Shown here: piece after piece, positions 55,983 to 64,000 of the stretch | Layout of the letters: each line of letters starts with the position of its first letter | Numbering within the stretch: position 1 is the first letter of the stretch | NCBI GenBank assembly: GCA_945911015.1 | Contig: CAMDZW010000005.1 | Span: 84,832-148,831, forward strand | From: an uncultured Propionibacteriaceae bacterium | GTDB taxonomy: Bacteria > Actinomycetota > Actinomycetes > Propionibacteriales > Propionibacteriaceae | Direction of reading: 5' to 3' | Length of the DNA: 64,000 nt | The notes under the pieces: generated by a model | Told to the model about the DNA's origin: nothing | Database searches by the model: none | The model's input: only the letters and a program-made list of their open reading frames with translations | Program-made: the position numbers and the translations under genes

Positions 55983-56885
55983 GGCATGGGCCATCTCGAT
56001 GACCGTGGTCTGGGGCATCACGATCTCACCCGATCCGATCAACGGCCACACGGCTTCGGCCAACCGGGCACAGATCGCTGACTTCTCTGCCACAGGCCGT
56101 CCGCGCAGGCCGGTCGCGGTGACCGAGGCATTGCGCGACAACAAGGCGGCGAAGTCGAGTTCGCCGATCCGTCCGCCCTGCATCCCGATGGTGACCTGAC
56201 GACCGCCGCGGCGCAGCAGCCTCAGGTGTGCGGGGAGATACTTTGCCCCGATCGGGTCGAGGATCACATCGACGCCGCCCAACTCGGCCGTAGCTGCCTG
56301 CCAGTCCTGGTCGTACCGCAGCACGTGGTCGGCCCCGAGTTCATGGCAGACGGCGACCTTCTCCGCCGACCCGGCTGTGGTCACGACCGTCGCGCCGAGA
56401 TGCTTGGCCCACTGGATCGCGAACGACCCGATCCCTCCGGATCCGCCGTGGACCAGGAAGGTCTCACCTTCGGCAAGCCGGACCAGGTCGAGGTTCGACA
56501 CCACAGTCGCCGCGACCTCGACGATGCCACCGGCGGTCACCAGATCCACCTCAGGCGGGGGAGCGAGCACCTGACCGGCCGGGACTGCGACCTGTTCGGC
56601 ATAGCCGCCTCCGGCCAGCAGAGCCACGCACGGGTCCCCGATCTGCCAACCAGCCACCTCGGACCCGACTGCCGCGATCGTGCCGGAGCATTCAAGTCCC
56701 AGGATCGACGAGGCTCCCGGTGGTGGTGGGTACTTGCCCTGTCGTTGCAGCAGGTCTGCACGATTCACCCCCGCCGCGGTGACGGCGACCAGAACTTCGT
56801 CAGCTGCCGGTGACGGTGGGTCCACCTCGTCCCACACGAGTGCTTCGGGATCAGTCGATCCGGGAGCAATCGTCACCGCATGCAT
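55920..56885 (-). CDS. qor: NAD(P)H:quinone oxidoreductase (zeta-crystallin-like MDR family)
   Basis: The segments VLVAVTAAGVNRADLLQRQGKYPPPPGASSILGLECSG and VHGGSGGIGSFAIQWAKHLGA are present. The protein is 321 aa. Confidence 0.85.
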   Translation of the reverse strand: MHAVTIAPGSTDPEALVWDEVDPPSPAADEVLVAVTAAGVNRADLLQRQGKYPPPPGASSILGLECSGTIAAVGSEVAGWQIGDPCVALLAGGGYAEQVAVPAGQVLAPPPEVDLVTAGGIVEVAATVVSNLDLVRLAEGETFLVHGGSGGIGSFAIQWAKHLGATVVTTAGSAEKVAVCHELGADHVLRYDQDWQAATAELGGVDVILDPIGAKYLPAHLRLLRRGGRQVTIGMQGGRIGELDFAALLSRNASVTATGLRGRPVAEKSAICARLAEAVWPLIGSGEIVMPQTTVIEMAHASRAHALLESGASIGKIVLTA

Positions 56886-56889
56886 GGGA

Positions 56890-57339
56890 TCAGTCCTTCT
56901 GCGCCTTGGGGGTGATCGGGCCGCGACGTTGGTTGAGTTTGGCGACCATGTCGTCGGTCAACGCCGCAACCGCCGACCGGTCAGCCCCCGAAGGGAGCCG
57001 CAGCACCAGCGCCTGACCGGAGCTTCGCCGTACCCGAAGTTCGTCATCCGTGGCAGTGACCGCACTGATCTCGTCCCAGCGGGTGGTGACCCGGCCACCA
57101 GAAGCCGTCGCGGTGAATCCGGTGTCGGTGGTCACCAGGGTGAGTGAAGCTCGCCACCATCCGATCATCATGACCACCAGAGCCAGCACGCCGACTCCGC
57201 AGATGACGGCACCAGCGACCAGCCAGCCGCCGACCCCGCTGGCTTCGGACACGACGAATCCAACCAGCCCGAGAATGATCAGGGCCACGGTGAGGAACAG
57301 GCCCCCCAGCGGGACGCGGGAACGGATCCGATGGTGCAC
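56890..57339 (-). CDS. Small membrane protein with two TM helices and a PH-like C-terminal domain (hypothetical)
   Basis: The longest ORF (to 57378) would run into the tRNA-Ser gene. An in-frame GTG at 57339 is the first start downstream of the tRNA. The two hydrophobic helices are LFLTVALIILGLVGFVV and WLVAGAVICGVGVLALVVMMI. The start is uncertain. Confidence 0.45.
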   Translation of the reverse strand: MHHRIRSRVPLGGLFLTVALIILGLVGFVVSEASGVGGWLVAGAVICGVGVLALVVMMIGWWRASLTLVTTDTGFTATASGGRVTTRWDEISAVTATDDELRVRRSSGQALVLRLPSGADRSAVAALTDDMVAKLNQRRGPITPKAQKD

Positions 57340-57340
57340 G

Positions 57341-57428
57341 CGGCGAGGGTGGGATTCGAACCCACGGAACGGGATCACCGTTCGGCCGCTTTCAAGGCGG
57401 CTGCACTAGTCCACTATGCGACCTCGCC
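57341..57428 (-). tRNA. tRNA-Ser (anticodon UGA), class II with a long variable arm
   Basis: I folded it by hand. The acceptor stem is GGCGAGG/CCTCGCC and the D stem GCA/TGC. The anticodon stem is GCCGC/GCGGC with loop CUUGAAA. The variable stem is GAACGG/CCGTTC. The T arm is GTGGG-TTCGAAT-CCCAC and the discriminator is G. No CCA is encoded. Confidence 0.9.
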
Positions 57429-57506
57429 CTCCTGCCGTAGCAGGCGCTTCGGCGATCCTACCGGACGGCGCCGTGGGCCCCGACGAAGGTGTGCCAGAGT
57501 TGGGTC

Positions 57507-58757
57507 ATGAACGAAGAGGCACTGGCAGCGCTGGCATCCGAACCCGTCATCACCCGTTCCCTTCCCGAGTCCTCGGTGTCGGTGGACCGGGTCCGAGAGG
57601 CCGGTTGGACCTTCGACGACCTGTGGCTGCCCGTGGTCACCCTGGACCGGGAGGCTCTGGACCACAACCTCACCCGATTCGCCGCCTGGGTCGCCAGCCA
57701 GGGGGCCGACACCGCCCCCCACGGCAAGACCACCATGGCACCGCAGCTGTGGAACGAGCAGATCCGGCACGGGTCCTGGGGCATCACCGTCGCCAATGTG
57801 CAACAGGCACGGGTTGCCCATGCCTTCGGCGTCAAGAACGTGCTCATTGCCAATGAGGTGGCCGAACCTGCTCACATCGCCTGGCTCGGCGCCCAGCTGG
57901 GGCCGGACTTCTGCCCGTACGTGCTGGTCGACTCGGTCACCGTCATCGAGACACTCGAAGCCCACCTGGGTGATGCCCGGCTGAACGTCCTGGTCGAGAT
58001 CGGGGTGCCGGGGGCGAGGACCGGAACCCGGACCGTCGACGAGGCCGTGGCGCTGGCGCAGCGGGTCCACGCCAGCCCGGTGCTGACCCTGTCAGGGATC
58101 GAGGCCTATGAAGGGGTGTTCTCACCGAACCGCGGCGATGACTCACCGCAGCGGGCTCGGGCCTGGCTCGACCACCTGGTCGGGATCGCTGTCGCCTGTG
58201 ACAGCGCTCAGCTGTTCGGCGGGGAGGAGATCGTCCTCACCGCGGGTGGCAGCAGCTATCCGGACCTGGTGCTGGATGCCCTCGCTGCCAAGCCGTCGTT
58301 GTCGTTGCCGGTCCGGTCGCTGATCCGGTCCGGTGGATATGTCACCCACGACGATCTGATGATGGAGCGGAGCTCGCCGCTGCGGGCCGAGGCCACCGAT
58401 GATCCTCTGCGGCCCGCACTGACCGGTTGGGCCCGGATCATCTCCAATCCCGAACCCGGGCTCGCCTTTGCCAGCATCGGCAAGCGCGATGTCCCGTACG
58501 ACGTCGACCTTCCGATCGTGCGTGCCCTGTGGCGCGATGGGGTACGGGTACCGCTGTCCGGATCGGTCGTGGTCACCAAACTCAACGACCAGCACGCCTT
58601 CATCGCCGACAGCGGTGACGGTGATCGGCGGGTCCGGATCGGCGATGTCGTCGAGCTCGGACTGTCACATCCGTGCACGGCCTTCGACAAGTGGAACCTG
58701 ATCCCGGTGATCGACGCCGAGCGGAACGTCATCGACGCGGTGCGGACTCTGTTCTGA
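57507..58757 (+). CDS. PLP-dependent D-serine/D-threonine deaminase or aldolase-like enzyme (alanine-racemase-N fold, DSD1-like)
   Basis: DTAPHGKTTMAPQLW carries the PLP-lysine context. GITVANVQQA and the C-terminal GDVVELGLSHPCTAFDKW pattern are also present. The start is ATG 57507. Confidence 0.7.
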   Translation: MNEEALAALASEPVITRSLPESSVSVDRVREAGWTFDDLWLPVVTLDREALDHNLTRFAAWVASQGADTAPHGKTTMAPQLWNEQIRHGSWGITVANVQQARVAHAFGVKNVLIANEVAEPAHIAWLGAQLGPDFCPYVLVDSVTVIETLEAHLGDARLNVLVEIGVPGARTGTRTVDEAVALAQRVHASPVLTLSGIEAYEGVFSPNRGDDSPQRARAWLDHLVGIAVACDSAQLFGGEEIVLTAGGSSYPDLVLDALAAKPSLSLPVRSLIRSGGYVTHDDLMMERSSPLRAEATDDPLRPALTGWARIISNPEPGLAFASIGKRDVPYDVDLPIVRALWRDGVRVPLSGSVVVTKLNDQHAFIADSGDGDRRVRIGDVVELGLSHPCTAFDKWNLIPVIDAERNVIDAVRTLF

Positions 58758-58773
58758 CTGCTGCCGCCCTGAC

Positions 58774-60366
58774 TCAGGCCGGGTTGTAGGCGCAGGCGTC
58801 CTTGGTGTCCTCGGTCTCGTTGTCGTCGGCCTGGTTGTCATCGGTCTGGTCCCGTCCCGGGCTGGAGTCGGGGCTCGCATCGGGGGTGGTCGGATCAGCC
58901 GAGGGGCTCTTCGACGGCTTCTTCGACGACTTGGCCGATTCCTTGATGGCCTTGTCCACTCGGTCCCGGACGAGGTCGTAGTCGGGGTTGGCGCTGAAGA
59001 AGCCCTTCTCGCCGTGCTTGAAGACAAGGCTGCGGATCTTGCCGTCCTTGACCCGCATCGCCAGATCGACGAAGGCCGGCAGGTCCTCCTGGGTGATGTC
59101 GGTGAGGATCAGGTTGCCGCCCTCGCGGACGATCGCCTCATAGCGGGACACCACATTGGCCGGATTGATCTGGCGAACCATGGCATCGATCACGCAGCGT
59201 TGCCGATCCATCCGGTCGAAGTCGTCGGAACCGTAACGGCCGCGGGCGAACCACATCGCCTCGTTGCCGTCCAAGTGCCGGTCCGGTCCCGGCTCGAGCC
59301 ACTTGTCCGGTGGACGGTGGGCGTCGGTCGAGCCGCCCATCGCGACGGGCTCATTGATGTTGACCGTGATCCCACCGAGTGCGTCGATCATCTTGGAGAA
59401 GCCCTTGATGTCGATCAGCGCGTAGTAGTCGATGTCCAGACCGAGCGCTTCGCCGACCGACAGCTTCATCACGTCCGCGCCGACATTGTCGGTCTCACCG
59501 AGGATGTCCTCACCGAGCACGGCCGGCACATTTCCGTACATCGCGTTCAGCATGAACTCGGCGTCCTCGCCGTTGCCGTTGGTGAACCCGTACGGGTAGT
59601 GCTCGCTCAGCACGCTGTCAGCAGGAAAGGGCATCCGGCCGGTGTTGCGCGGCAGAGAGATCAGGGTGACGTTGCCGGAGGTGGTGTCAATGCTGGCCAC
59701 CATCACCGTGTCGGTACGGATCCCGTCGCGTTTGCCGCCGTCGGAGTCACCGCCGAGCAACAGGACGTTGACCCGGTCGATGCCCTTCCACGGGTCCTCC
59801 GGGGCTCTGGTCGGTGTGTCGGTGGGTCGGGTCGCGGACCGGGTGTCCTTGTGTGACTTGAAGATTTCGCCGACCGAATCAGCGCTCGCCGTGGCATAGA
59901 TCGAGCCGATCGCCAGAGGGGCGGCTACGATGAACGACAGTGCGGCGACCAGGAGGGCGCCGGCGCCACGCTGGACGGTGGTGGCCTTGGACGGCAGCAG
60001 CCAGACATGGGTCAGGATGATCACCCCGACCCAGGCGAAGGCGATCACCACCAAGGCGATGCCGATGCCCTGGAGCACCGCAGGGTTGAGGACCCAGCCG
60101 ACCAGGTCGCGTCGTCGGAACAGCGCCAGCGCACCGAGAGCGGCGAGGCTGCCCAGAAAGACGGTCAGGATGACCGCGCCGATCCTGCGGTGACCGCTCA
60201 GCAACAGGCCCGAACCGGGAACGAACGTGCCCAGCACGGTGCCGCCGACGGCCTTGCCGAAGGTCCGGTCGCCCGGTGTCACTTCGGGGATGGCGTCGAC
60301 GAACCGCGCACCGGCATCCTGGTGGTTCGCAGGCACGAGTTTGTGCGGGTCGTCATGGGTGGCCAC
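58774..60366 (-). CDS. LCP-family (LytR-CpsA-Psr) cell-envelope glycopolymer transferase
   Basis: N-terminal TM helices are followed by VNVLLLGGDSDGGKRDGIRTDTVMVASID...VTLISLPRN and DYYALIDIKGFSKMIDALGGITVN. Confidence 0.85.
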   Translation of the reverse strand: MATHDDPHKLVPANHQDAGARFVDAIPEVTPGDRTFGKAVGGTVLGTFVPGSGLLLSGHRRIGAVILTVFLGSLAALGALALFRRRDLVGWVLNPAVLQGIGIALVVIAFAWVGVIILTHVWLLPSKATTVQRGAGALLVAALSFIVAAPLAIGSIYATASADSVGEIFKSHKDTRSATRPTDTPTRAPEDPWKGIDRVNVLLLGGDSDGGKRDGIRTDTVMVASIDTTSGNVTLISLPRNTGRMPFPADSVLSEHYPYGFTNGNGEDAEFMLNAMYGNVPAVLGEDILGETDNVGADVMKLSVGEALGLDIDYYALIDIKGFSKMIDALGGITVNINEPVAMGGSTDAHRPPDKWLEPGPDRHLDGNEAMWFARGRYGSDDFDRMDRQRCVIDAMVRQINPANVVSRYEAIVREGGNLILTDITQEDLPAFVDLAMRVKDGKIRSLVFKHGEKGFFSANPDYDLVRDRVDKAIKESAKSSKKPSKSPSADPTTPDASPDSSPGRDQTDDNQADDNETEDTKDACAYNPA

Positions 60367-60551
60367 CCCGAGAGCCTACAACCGGGTTCCAGAGCGGGAT
60401 CCAGATCGCTTCCAGCTGGTGGGCTCGCGGCGCCGGTAGCCGGTGAACCCACGGCGCGGGGTCCGAGGCCAAGGGGCCGTGATGAAACTCGTTTGGCCAT
60501 CATGGGCCGATATTGGGTAGTCTGAGCCGTCGGCTGGTGTTGTCCAGCCAT

Positions 60552-60639
60552 GGAGGCGTCGCCTAGTGGCCTATGGCGCCCGCCTGCTAAGCGGGTTGAG
60601 GGCTTAACCCTCTCGCGGGTTCAAATCCCGCCGCCTCCG
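60552..60639 (+). tRNA. tRNA-Ser (anticodon GCU), class II with a long variable arm
   Basis: I folded it by hand. The acceptor stem is GGAGGCG/CGCCTCC and the D stem GCC/GGC. The anticodon stem is CCCGC/GCGGG with loop CUGCUAA. The variable stem is GAGGG/CCCTC. The T arm is GCGGG-TTCAAAT-CCCGC and the discriminator is G. Confidence 0.9.
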
Positions 60640-60662
60640 CAGCACCGGCCCGGTCCAGAGCC

Positions 60663-61196
60663 TTGGACCGGGCCGAACTGTTGTTGAAAGGCGTTGCTGT
60701 GGCGGGAACGAAGCTGATCGTGGTCAGTGGGCCACCGGGTGCCGGGAAGTCATCAGTCGCAGCCGCTCTGGCTGAGCGGTTCGATCCGGGTGCACTCGTC
60801 ACCGGGGACGATTTCTTTGCGATGCTGCGCCGTGGAGCCGTGGCGCCCTGGTTGGCGGAGGCGGGCCCGCAGAATCTGTCCGTCATCGAGGCGGCAGCGG
60901 CAGCGGCCGGTCGGCTTGCGCGGCACTGCACGGTGGTCTACGACGGCGTTGTCGGGCCCTGGTTCCGGGCCGACTTCGACCGAGCCGCCGGCGTGGACGG
61001 TCTCCATGTGGTGCTGCGGCCGCCCCTGTCGGTCTGTCTGGACCGGATTCGGACCCGGACCGGCCATGATTTCACCGATGTCGAGGCGGCCACACACATG
61101 TGGCACGAGTTCGCCGGGGTCGACGATGCCATCACCCGGACAGACCTGTCCGCGGCCGACCTGGCCGACTGGATTGCCGGTCGCCTCGGGGTCTGA
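60663..61196 (+). CDS. Small P-loop NTPase / kinase-like protein (AAA_33 / zeta-toxin-like fold)
   Basis: The Walker A motif is LIVVSGPPGAGKSS. The protein is ~170 aa. The start is uncertain (TTG 60663 or GTG 60699). Confidence 0.6.
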   Translation: MDRAELLLKGVAVAGTKLIVVSGPPGAGKSSVAAALAERFDPGALVTGDDFFAMLRRGAVAPWLAEAGPQNLSVIEAAAAAAGRLARHCTVVYDGVVGPWFRADFDRAAGVDGLHVVLRPPLSVCLDRIRTRTGHDFTDVEAATHMWHEFAGVDDAITRTDLSAADLADWIAGRLGV

Positions 61197-61256
61197 GGAT
61201 CCTCGCCACAACTCCTTGGCGGGCAGGGCTGGTTGGATTTCCCACCCGACTGCCGC

Positions 61257-61922
61257 TCAGCGGCGTACGGCGTCGATCAGGTCGATCACCTCGTTGCTGA
61301 GCTGACGCACACCGGGGAGTCTGGTCAGGCGGAGCAGCTTGGTCAGCAGGGGAGCCAACCGGTCGACCAGGGTTCGCGTCCGTTGTTGGTCCGGCGTCGA
61401 GTCGTGGACCCAGAACAGAACCACGCCCATGTGCACCAGCCAGAGCAGCTCGGGTAGGCGCTCGGACAGCCGGGCTGCCAGCTTCAGGTCGGTGTTGTCG
61501 GCAACATCGCGATAGAGGTCGTAGGCCTGCTCGCGCGCCGGGGTCGAGTCGCTGCTGAACGGTGACAGCGGACTGTCCGGGTCGGAAGCCACCCGGAAGA
61601 ACGAGCGCAGGAATGGATGCAGCTCGGTCGCCAGATCGAGCCAGCCGATCAGAGTTGTGTGGAGGCGGGTGGTGAAGTCGGCCTCATCGGCGATGGCGAC
61701 GCGAGTGAGCTCGGCATGGCGGTGTTGCAGCCGCTCGTAGAAGCTCTGGACCAGCGCATCCTTGGAATCGAAGTAGTAGTAGGCATTGCCCAGTGACACC
61801 CCGGCTCGCTCGGCAACCGCGCGCATGGTCGTCCCGGCATAGCCATGCTCGATCAACAGCTCCTGGGCTGCGGCGGTGATCGTCTCCCGGGTCCGTTCGC
61901 CACGGGACTGCGTCGCGCTCAT
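61257..61922 (-). CDS. TetR/AcrR-family transcriptional regulator
   Basis: An internal ATG at 61922 gives MSATQSRGERTRETITAAAQELLIEHGYAGTTMRAVAERAGVSLGNAYYYFDSKDAL. An ATGA overlap links it to the upstream membrane-protein gene. Confidence 0.85.
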   Translation of the reverse strand: MSATQSRGERTRETITAAAQELLIEHGYAGTTMRAVAERAGVSLGNAYYYFDSKDALVQSFYERLQHRHAELTRVAIADEADFTTRLHTTLIGWLDLATELHPFLRSFFRVASDPDSPLSPFSSDSTPAREQAYDLYRDVADNTDLKLAARLSERLPELLWLVHMGVVLFWVHDSTPDQQRTRTLVDRLAPLLTKLLRLTRLPGVRQLSNEVIDLIDAVRR

Positions 61923-62344
61923 CGCGGTGTCCGGTGGGTGGCCACCGCCAGTGCCAGGATCAGTGCGACCGGCAGGAGGAACCTGCCGACCGTCCACATC
62001 CCGGCGATGCTGAAGGCGGCGAGCAGGGCAACGACGATCCAACTCAGCACAGTCCTCTCGATCCCGCGCAGGAGGAACCGCGCCCCGATGATCACCACGG
62101 TTGCGATCAGCGGTGCCGACATCACGATGGCTCCCCGAGGGCCGTTGGCCTCGACCAGGGTCCTGCTCGTCCTGATCGGGATGCCACTCCCGTCCTGGTA
62201 CGACCCGCTGTACATCGGCCAGGTGAAGCCAAGAACGAGGACGCCGACAGAGGCGGCCAAGGTGATCGCCAACAGGATTGTCGACCCGATGTTCCTGGGC
62301 TGAATGCTTCGCCGTGGCGGAGAGGGGTGCTGGATTGTGGTCAT
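61919..62344 (-). CDS. Small four-helix membrane protein (hypothetical), co-transcribed with TetR
   Basis: GGGAGG RBS lies 5 nt upstream of ATG 62344. Four hydrophobic segments are present. GC3 is high. Confidence 0.55.
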   Translation of the reverse strand: MTTIQHPSPPRRSIQPRNIGSTILLAITLAASVGVLVLGFTWPMYSGSYQDGSGIPIRTSRTLVEANGPRGAIVMSAPLIATVVIIGARFLLRGIERTVLSWIVVALLAAFSIAGMWTVGRFLLPVALILALAVATHRTPR

Positions 62345-62360
62345 GATGACCTCCCGACCA

Positions 62361-62380
62361 TAGTTGAACGTGTTCAACTA
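62361..62380. promoter_or_regulatory. Palindromic TetR-operator candidate upstream of the membrane-protein/TetR operon
   Basis: TAGTTGAAC-GT-GTTCAACTA has perfect 9-bp arms. It lies 17 nt upstream of ATG 62344 in an AT-rich patch. Confidence 0.55.
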
Positions 62381-62712
62381 CGAATCTACGCCGGACTCGC
62401 ACCGATGTCACCGCCCAGTCGGGGCCACGGCAGGCAGGAGGGCCTCTCGTCTCCTCCTGCATCCACAGCACATGGTTCGGGCCGAAGATCTTGGGCCGGA
62501 CGGTTCCTCCAGAGCCCTGGCGCTCACGTCCTCAGTCTCGATGGCAGAAATGGGGCGAGAAATCGGGCCGGTTGCTCCGGAATCGAGTGGTCGAAAGTGA
62601 GCGCGTCGGCAGGGGTGCTGCCCTGCCACTGTGCGGGCCACCCCAGATCCGGCCACCCGCGACGAAGTCGTGGCGAGAGGACATGGCTCGCGGGGCTGGG
62701 GTCGGACAGGCC

Positions 62713-64000
62713 TCAGCCAGCGGTGACGGCAGCCCGAAGCCGTACGAGCTCAGTGGTCAGTTCGCCCGGCAGCTGCGGGCCGATCCCGTCGAACCAGGCC
62801 GAGATCAGATCGAGCTCGGCGGCCCATTCGGCTGCGTCGTAGCGGCAGGCCTCGTGCAGGTCGACCGGAAGGTCACCGACTGGGCTCGCGAGAGCGTCGG
62901 CCTCGCCTTCCAGCCGGGCAGCGATCCAGGCCAGCACCCGGGAGTTCTCCCCGAATCCGGGCCACAGGAATCGTCCCTGGTCGTCCTTGCGGAACCAGTT
63001 CACACAGAACACCGCCGGCATCTCATGGTCCCGGCCGAGGTCGAGCCAGTGCTGAAGGTAGTCGGCCAGACTCAGTCCGAGGAAGGGCCGCATCGCCATC
63101 GGGTCGCGGCGCACCACGCCGACCCGGCCGGTCGCGGCGGCGGTCGTCTCGCTCGACAAGGTGGCCGCCATGAAGACTCCGTGCTGCCAGTCACGGGCCT
63201 GGGCGACCAAGGGGATGGTGGTCGCTCGTCGGCCGCCGACGATGATGGCATCGATCGGCACTCCGGCCGGATCGTCGTACTCGGTGGCCAGTGTGGGGCA
63301 CTGCGCGATGGGTGTACAGAACCGGGAGTTCGGATGGGCGGCCGGACGACCGCTGGCCGGGGTCCAGTCCCGACCGGTCCAGTCAGTGAGGCGGGCCGGT
63401 GGCTCGGGGGTCATCCCCTCCCACCAGACCCTGCCGTCCTCGGTGACGGCCACATTGGTGAAGATCGTATTGCCCTGCTCGATGGTCTCCATGGCGTGGG
63501 GGTTGGTCTGCCAGCCGGTGCCCGGTGCGACACCGAAGAAGCCGGCCTCCGGATTGGTGGCGCGCAGCCTCCCGTCCTGGTCGAAGCGCAGCCAGGCGAT
63601 GTCGTCACCGAGGGTCTCGACCTTCCAGCCGGGCAGCGACGGCTCCATCATCGCGAGGTTGGTCTTGCCGCAGGCGCTGGGGAAGGCCGCCGTCAGGTGA
63701 TGGAACCGACCCTCGGGCGAGGTCAACTTGATGATGAGCATGTGCTCGGCCAGCCAGCCCTCCTCGTGGGCCATGGCCGACGCGATCCGCAGGGCGAAGC
63801 ATTTCTTGCCCAGCAAGGAGTTCCCGCCGTAGCCGGAGCCGTACGACCAGACCTCACGCGTCTGCGGGAAGTGGGAGATGTACTTGGTGGTGTTGCACGG
63901 CCAGGAGACATCGGGTTCGCCGTCACGGCGTGGGGAGCCCACCGAGTGGAGGCACCGGACGAAGTCGGCCGGCTGTTCGCCACTGGTCATCGCATCGAGG
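62713..64000 (-). CDS. pckG: GTP-dependent phosphoenolpyruvate carboxykinase, C-terminal ~430 codons. The 5' end lies beyond the right window edge.
   Basis: The segments [51 protein letters not shown] and [12 protein letters not shown] are hallmark PEPCK-GTP motifs. The reading frame stays open upstream of the track's ATG at 63990. Confidence 0.9.
   Translation of the reverse strand, partial: LDAMTSGEQPADFVRCLHSVGSPRRDGEPDVSWPCNTTKYISHFPQTREVWSYGSGYGGNSLLGKKCFALRIASAMAHEEGWLAEHMLIIKLTSPEGRFHHLTAAFPSACGKTNLAMMEPSLPGWKVETLGDDIAWLRFDQDGRLRATNPEAGFFGVAPGTGWQTNPHAMETIEQGNTIFTNVAVTEDGRVWWEGMTPEPPARLTDWTGRDWTPASGRPAAHPNSRFCTPIAQCPTLATEYDDPAGVPIDAIIVGGRRATTIPLVAQARDWQHGVFMAATLSSETTAAATGRVGVVRRDPMAMRPFLGLSLADYLQHWLDLGRDHEMPAVFCVNWFRKDDQGRFLWPGFGENSRVLAWIAARLEGEADALASPVGDLPVDLHEACRYDAAEWAAELDLISAWFDGIGPQLPGELTTELVRLRAAVTAG

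Noticed and set aside
62364-62600. 78-aa + strand ORF and the overlapping 82-aa minus-strand ORF in the gap before pckG
   Set aside because: Both have weak GC3 bias and no RBS. Their composition is unlike the surrounding genes, so I treated the region as non-coding.
60640-62712. tRNA-Ser(GCU)-anchored genomic island (P-loop kinase, TetR, small membrane protein)
   Set aside because: There is no integrase or recombinase. I found no direct repeat of the tRNA 3' end downstream. GC content and codon bias look native.

Overview
This is a high-GC, densely coding actinobacterial chromosome segment. I saw no rRNA, CRISPR array, transposase or integrase. All family calls come from reading motifs in the supplied translations and from my own translation of edge or internal frames. 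No database search was possible.

The window falls into three blocks.

(1) 1-10.1 kb: an ESX-type type VII secretion (T7SSa) membrane-core locus. It holds eccB, eccE plus a translationally coupled orphan ORF, eccD, eccC and mycP. The genes alternate in orientation and there is no WXG100/esx gene in the window.

(2) About 12.7-41.4 kb: a glycan-utilisation-like island.
- Two LacI regulators.
- Three paralogous Tat-lipoprotein solute-binding proteins (about 540-590 aa) with no ABC permease genes next to them.
- Each binding protein is paired with a large Tat-signal enzyme: a DUF4838-like protein, a frameshifted heparinase II/III-like lyase, and a beta-propeller protein. A 1644-aa multidomain heparinase II/III-like protein also lies here.
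- The island is interrupted by a TetR / degenerate ABC-ATPase / YhgE-Pip operon and by a larB-larC nickel-pincer cofactor gene pair.

(3) 41.5-64 kb: mostly housekeeping genes. These are pheA, dps, a Gfo/Idh/MocA oxidoreductase, a PAP2-DAGK fusion, serS, a HAD hydrolase, a WhiB-like/HTH fusion, bpa, a heterodimeric ABC exporter, a VOC protein, GH28, qor, two tRNA-Ser genes, an LCP protein, a small TetR operon and pckG (truncated at the right edge).

The best candidates for new biology:
- the permease-less binding-protein + Tat-enzyme modules;
- the P-loop-less FtsK-like orphan ORF coupled to eccE;
- the orphan larBC pair inside the glycan island;
- the WhiB-like/HTH fusion with its long AT-rich leader;
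- the poly-C frameshift in a lyase gene.
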